Source of the DNA: Pseudomonas aeruginosa
GTDB taxonomy: Bacteria > Pseudomonadota > Gammaproteobacteria > Pseudomonadales > Pseudomonadaceae
Direction of reading: 5' to 3'
Assembly: GCF_001457615.1 (NCBI RefSeq)
Contig: NZ_LN831024.1
Span: 6,210,001-6,242,000, forward strand
Length of the DNA stretch: 32,000 nucleotides
The position numbers and the translations under genes are program-made. The notes beneath the pieces were generated by a model. The model was not told the origin of the DNA and searched no databases. It saw only the letters and a program-made list of their open reading frames with translations. Positions 29,739 to 32,000 of the stretch are shown here, one piece after another; within the stretch, counting starts at the first letter, position 1; every line of letters begins with the position of its first letter.

Positions 29739-31883
29739 TCAGTACTTGCCGTAATAGCCTTCTTTCAAGGCGTCGAAGAGGTTGGCGGCGGTATGGATCT
29801 CACCGTCGTACTCGACCTGCTCGTTGCCCTTGAACTCCACCACGCTGCCGTCCTCCAGTTCGAAGCGGTAGCGGGTCTTCTCCAGGTCGGACTCCTTGAC
29901 CAGCACGCCCTGGAACGCCTCGGGATTGAAGCGGAAGGTGGTGCAGCCCTTGAGTCCCTGGTGCCAGGCGTAGCGGTAGATGTCCTTGAAGTCCTCGAAC
30001 GGGTAGTCGGTGGGCACGTTGGCGGTCTTGGAGATCGACGAATCGACCCACTTCTGCGCCGCCGCCTGGATGTCCACGTGCTGCGCCGGGGTGACGCTGT
30101 CGGCGGTGATGAAGTAGTCCGGCAGGCGTCGCGCCGGGTCGTCGCTGTCCGGCAGGGCCTGGGCGTTGACCAGGGTCCGGTAGGCCAGCAGCTCGTAGCT
30201 GTAGACCTCGACCTTTTCCTTGGTCTTGCGGCCTTCGCGGATAAGGTTGCGCGAATAATGGTGGGCGAAGCTCGGCTCGATACCGTTGGAGGCATTGTTG
30301 GCCAGGCTCAGGCTGATGGTCCCGGTCGGCGCGATGGAGCTGTGGTGGGTGAAGCGCGCGCCGGTTTCAGCCAACGCCTCGATCAGTTCCGGAGCATGTT
30401 CGGCGACCCGCTGCATGTAGCGGGAATACTTGGCGTGAAGCACGCTGCCGCGGATGCGGTCGCCGGCCTTATAGCCATCGGCGGCCATTTCCGGACGCTT
30501 GCGAAGCATTTCCGCGGTGACTTCGTAGTCCTGCGCCAGGATCGGCGCCGGGCCCTTCTCCCTGGCCAGCTCCAGGGCCACTTCCCAGCCCACCAAGGCC
30601 ATTTCCCGCGCCACTTCCTCGGTGAATACGCAGGCCTCGGGACTGCCGTAGCGCAGCTTGAGCAGGGTCAGGGTCGAGCCCAGGCCGAGGAAGCCCATGC
30701 CATGCCGGCGCTTGCCAAGGATTTCCTGGCGTTGCTGTTCCAGCGGCAGGCCGTTGATTTCCACCACGTTGTCGAGCATCCGGGTAAACACCCGCACCAC
30801 TTCGCGGAAACGGTCCCAGTCGAAGCGCGCCTCGTCGCCAAATGGCTGCTCGACGAAGCAGGTGAGGTTGACCGAGCCGAGCAGACACGAGCCGTACGGC
30901 GGCAGAGGCTGCTCGCCGCAGGGGTTGGTGGCGCGGATCGCCTCGCACCACCAGTTGTTGTTCAGTTCGTTGACCCGGTCGATGAGGATGAAGCCCGGCT
31001 CCGCATAGTCGTAGGTGGAGACCATGATCATGTCCCACAGGTGGCGGGCGCGGACCTGGCCGTAGACCTTGCAGGCGACCAGCCCGTCGGCGCGCTGGAC
31101 GTAGTCGTCCTGGATCGGCCATTCGCGCCAGACCACCGCGTTGGGGTCGTCGAGGTCGATCTCGTCGCGCTCCTTCACGTGCACCGGGAATACCAGCGGC
31201 CAGTCGGCGTCCTGTTCCACCGCCTGCATGAACTGGTCGGTGATCAGCAGGCTCAGGTTGAACTGGCGCAAGCGCCCGTCCTCGCGCTTGGCGCGGATGA
31301 ATTCGCGGACGTCCGGGTGGCTGACATCGAAGGTGCCCATCTGCGCGCCGCGGCGGCCGCCGGCGGAGCTGACGGTGAAGCACATCTTGTCGTAGATGTC
31401 CATGAACGACAGCGGCCCGCTGGTGTAGGCACCGGCACCGGAAACGTAGGCGCCGCGCGGGCGCAGGGTGCTGAACTCATAGCCGATGCCGCAGCCGGCC
31501 TTGAGCGTCAGGCCGGCCTCGTGGACTTTCTCGAGGATGTTGTCCATGGAGTCCTGGATGGTCCCGGACACCGTGCAGTTGATGGTCGAGGTGGCCGGCT
31601 TGTGCCCCAGGGCGCCGGCGTTGGAGATGATCCGGCCGGCCGGGATGGCACCGTTGCGCAGGGCCCAGAGGAAGCGCCCGTACCAGTGTTCGCGGGAGGC
31701 CTTTTCCTCGACATCGGCAAGGGCGCGGGCGACGCGTTGCCAGGTACCGTCGACGCTGGCATCCACCGGCGTACCGTCCTTGCTCTTGAGCCGGTACTTC
31801 TTGTCCCAGATATCCTGCGACGCGTCCTGCAGGGCGATGGTCCCGCGTTCGGTGCGGGGACTGCGTGCGTCTGTCTTGGCCAT
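29739..31883 (-). CDS. nrdJa: Class II (B12-dependent) ribonucleoside-diphosphate reductase, catalytic subunit
   Basis: 714 aa from MAKTDARSPRTERG; LKAGCGIGYEFSTLRP, ATNPCGEQPLPPYGSC, SIAPTGTISL motifs. Confidence 0.93.
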   Translation of the reverse strand: MAKTDARSPRTERGTIALQDASQDIWDKKYRLKSKDGTPVDASVDGTWQRVARALADVEEKASREHWYGRFLWALRNGAIPAGRIISNAGALGHKPATSTINCTVSGTIQDSMDNILEKVHEAGLTLKAGCGIGYEFSTLRPRGAYVSGAGAYTSGPLSFMDIYDKMCFTVSSAGGRRGAQMGTFDVSHPDVREFIRAKREDGRLRQFNLSLLITDQFMQAVEQDADWPLVFPVHVKERDEIDLDDPNAVVWREWPIQDDYVQRADGLVACKVYGQVRARHLWDMIMVSTYDYAEPGFILIDRVNELNNNWWCEAIRATNPCGEQPLPPYGSCLLGSVNLTCFVEQPFGDEARFDWDRFREVVRVFTRMLDNVVEINGLPLEQQRQEILGKRRHGMGFLGLGSTLTLLKLRYGSPEACVFTEEVAREMALVGWEVALELAREKGPAPILAQDYEVTAEMLRKRPEMAADGYKAGDRIRGSVLHAKYSRYMQRVAEHAPELIEALAETGARFTHHSSIAPTGTISLSLANNASNGIEPSFAHHYSRNLIREGRKTKEKVEVYSYELLAYRTLVNAQALPDSDDPARRLPDYFITADSVTPAQHVDIQAAAQKWVDSSISKTANVPTDYPFEDFKDIYRYAWHQGLKGCTTFRFNPEAFQGVLVKESDLEKTRYRFELEDGSVVEFKGNEQVEYDGEIHTAANLFDALKEGYYGKY

Positions 31884-31934
31884 CCGCTGATTAACCTCCC
31901 GATGGTTGTTGGGGCGTCCGAAGCCGGCCACCGT

Positions 31935-31950
31935 ACGCAACATCTAGTTA
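31935..31950. promoter_or_regulatory. NrdR box 2 (acgcaacatctagtta)
   Basis: About 11/16 match, placed exactly 31 bp from box 1, the usual helical-phase spacing of NrdR box pairs. Confidence 0.65.
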
Positions 31951-31965
31951 TCCGTACCTGACGGG

Positions 31966-31981
31966 AATCAATATCTTGTGT
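31966..31981. promoter_or_regulatory. NrdR box 1 (aatcaatatcttgtgt)
   Basis: About 12/16 match to acaCwAtATaTwGtgt as I remember the consensus; upstream of nrdJa. Confidence 0.75.
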
Positions 31982-32000
31982 CAGGCAGCAACAGACAACC

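Noticed and set aside
29574-31961. 795-aa plus-strand ORF opposite nrdJa
   Set aside because: Antisense shadow of nrdJa; same composition artefact as other long antisense frames.
31884-32000. Cobalamin riboswitch upstream of nrdJa
   Set aside because: Only 117 bp of upstream sequence is present and no B12-box-like sequence was seen by eye; cannot be assessed further.

Overview
The window looks like a core-genome segment of Pseudomonas aeruginosa (gene order and protein sequences match my memory of the PAO1 PA5470-PA5497 interval). I see no prophage, IS element, integron or CRISPR array. Left to right: start of prfH (-, runs off the edge), armZ/rtcB-like gene with a 13-codon leader peptide (-), periplasmic solute-binding protein (-), Na/Pi cotransporter-like protein (+), M16 peptidase-like protein (+), GNAT acetyltransferase (-), citA-like MFS transporter (-), DUF5924/DUF2914-type membrane protein (+), nucleoside-recognition/SpmAB-like membrane protein (-), gltP (-), a ~700-bp structured intergenic region, Ivy-family protein (-), DUF1328 small membrane protein (-), algB-kinB (+), ampDh2 (-), MarC family (-), GGDEF cyclase and endo/exonuclease/phosphatase (-), dsbA (-), cytochrome c4 (-), c5-like cytochrome (-), engB/ysxC (+), ErsA sRNA (-), polA (-), DUF2782 protein (+), thrB (+), a ~109-bp tandem repeat array, and split class II ribonucleotide reductase nrdJb/nrdJa (-) with two upstream NrdR boxes. 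The most interesting leads are: (1) the leader-peptide-controlled rtcB-like/prfH pair with intact RtcB motifs; (2) a tandem array between thrB and nrdJb in which seven hairpins all present GGA in the loop on the minus strand; (3) a marked excess of perfect DnaA boxes; (4) a highly structured gltP-ivy intergenic region; (5) an AlgU-type promoter driving ErsA. Known items are labelled as such. All matching was done by eye; no searches or folding were run.
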